Shown piece after piece: positions 63,883-64,000 of a stretch of DNA of 64,000 bases. Numbering within the stretch: the first letter of the stretch is position 1; every line of letters starts with the position of its first letter. Location of the stretch: IMG/VR virus record IMGVR_UViG_3300004369_000004, positions 36,864-100,863 of that record; one strand, written 5' to 3'. The notes beneath the pieces are model-generated. The model worked only from the letters and a program-made list of their open reading frames with translations, did not search any database and had not been told where the DNA came from. The position numbers and the translations under genes were made by a program. The stretch is from a virus.

Positions 63883-64000
63883 AAACAGAAACACTAACAA
63901 CAATCAATACACCAAACTATGTAGGTGGTTATAGATTAGGAACAGACCATTATTTTCAATTTAACCTAACTTACAAACCAAATTGGTTTCATCGCACTAT
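63879..64000 (+). CDS. Hypothetical protein, partial (MKTETLTTINTPNYVGGY...KPNWFHR)
   Basis: ATGA overlap with the previous stop; open to the window end. Confidence 0.55.
   Translation, partial: MKTETLTTINTPNYVGGYRLGTDHYFQFNLTYKPNWFHRT

Noticed and set aside
1-64000. Stop-codon reassignment, as seen in some crAss-like phages
   Set aside because: Long genes are intact in code 11 with dense packing; TAG (54904, 58038) and TGA terminate genes; the only tRNA found is Arg(UCU), not a suppressor

Overview
This window is a contiguous piece of a crAss-like (Crassvirales-type) phage genome, most likely from an environmental Bacteroidota/Flavobacteria-infecting lineage. The DNA is AT-rich, read in the standard code 11, and carries host-type TTG-N19-TAnnTTTG promoters. 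Positions 1-53.3 kb are almost entirely minus-strand late genes. In transcription order these are: endolysin; a PRTase-like protein; six fibre/adhesin genes; a holin and membrane-protein cluster; wHTH, IHF-like and Zn-finger genes; putative TerS, TerL, portal, scaffold-like protein and major capsid protein; ring, auxiliary-capsid and Cys-rich tail proteins; a 2068-aa muzzle/stabilisation protein; a ferritin-like protein; several small basic proteins; and large cargo proteins ending in a >1300-aa ORF that runs off the left edge. From about 53.3 kb the genes switch to the plus strand (early/middle region): many small ORFs, an SSB-like protein, tRNA-Arg(UCU), a membrane-anchored glucosaminidase, an SF2 helicase, a hotdog thioesterase and a spore-photoproduct-lyase-family radical SAM enzyme. 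The strongest unexplained signals are: (1) a recurrent [MYFA]-[QKREA]-x-G-[GAM] motif sitting at module boundaries in four cargo-region proteins, a candidate polyprotein cleavage or capsid-targeting signal; (2) a promoter-preceded, highly paired ~250-290-nt non-coding stretch at 37.75-38.04 kb; (3) structured elements and a repeated 19-mer at the start of the early region; (4) DNA-level-conserved repeat junctions in the tail-fibre genes. No database searches were run. Family names come from recognised motifs and synteny and need HMM or structure confirmation.
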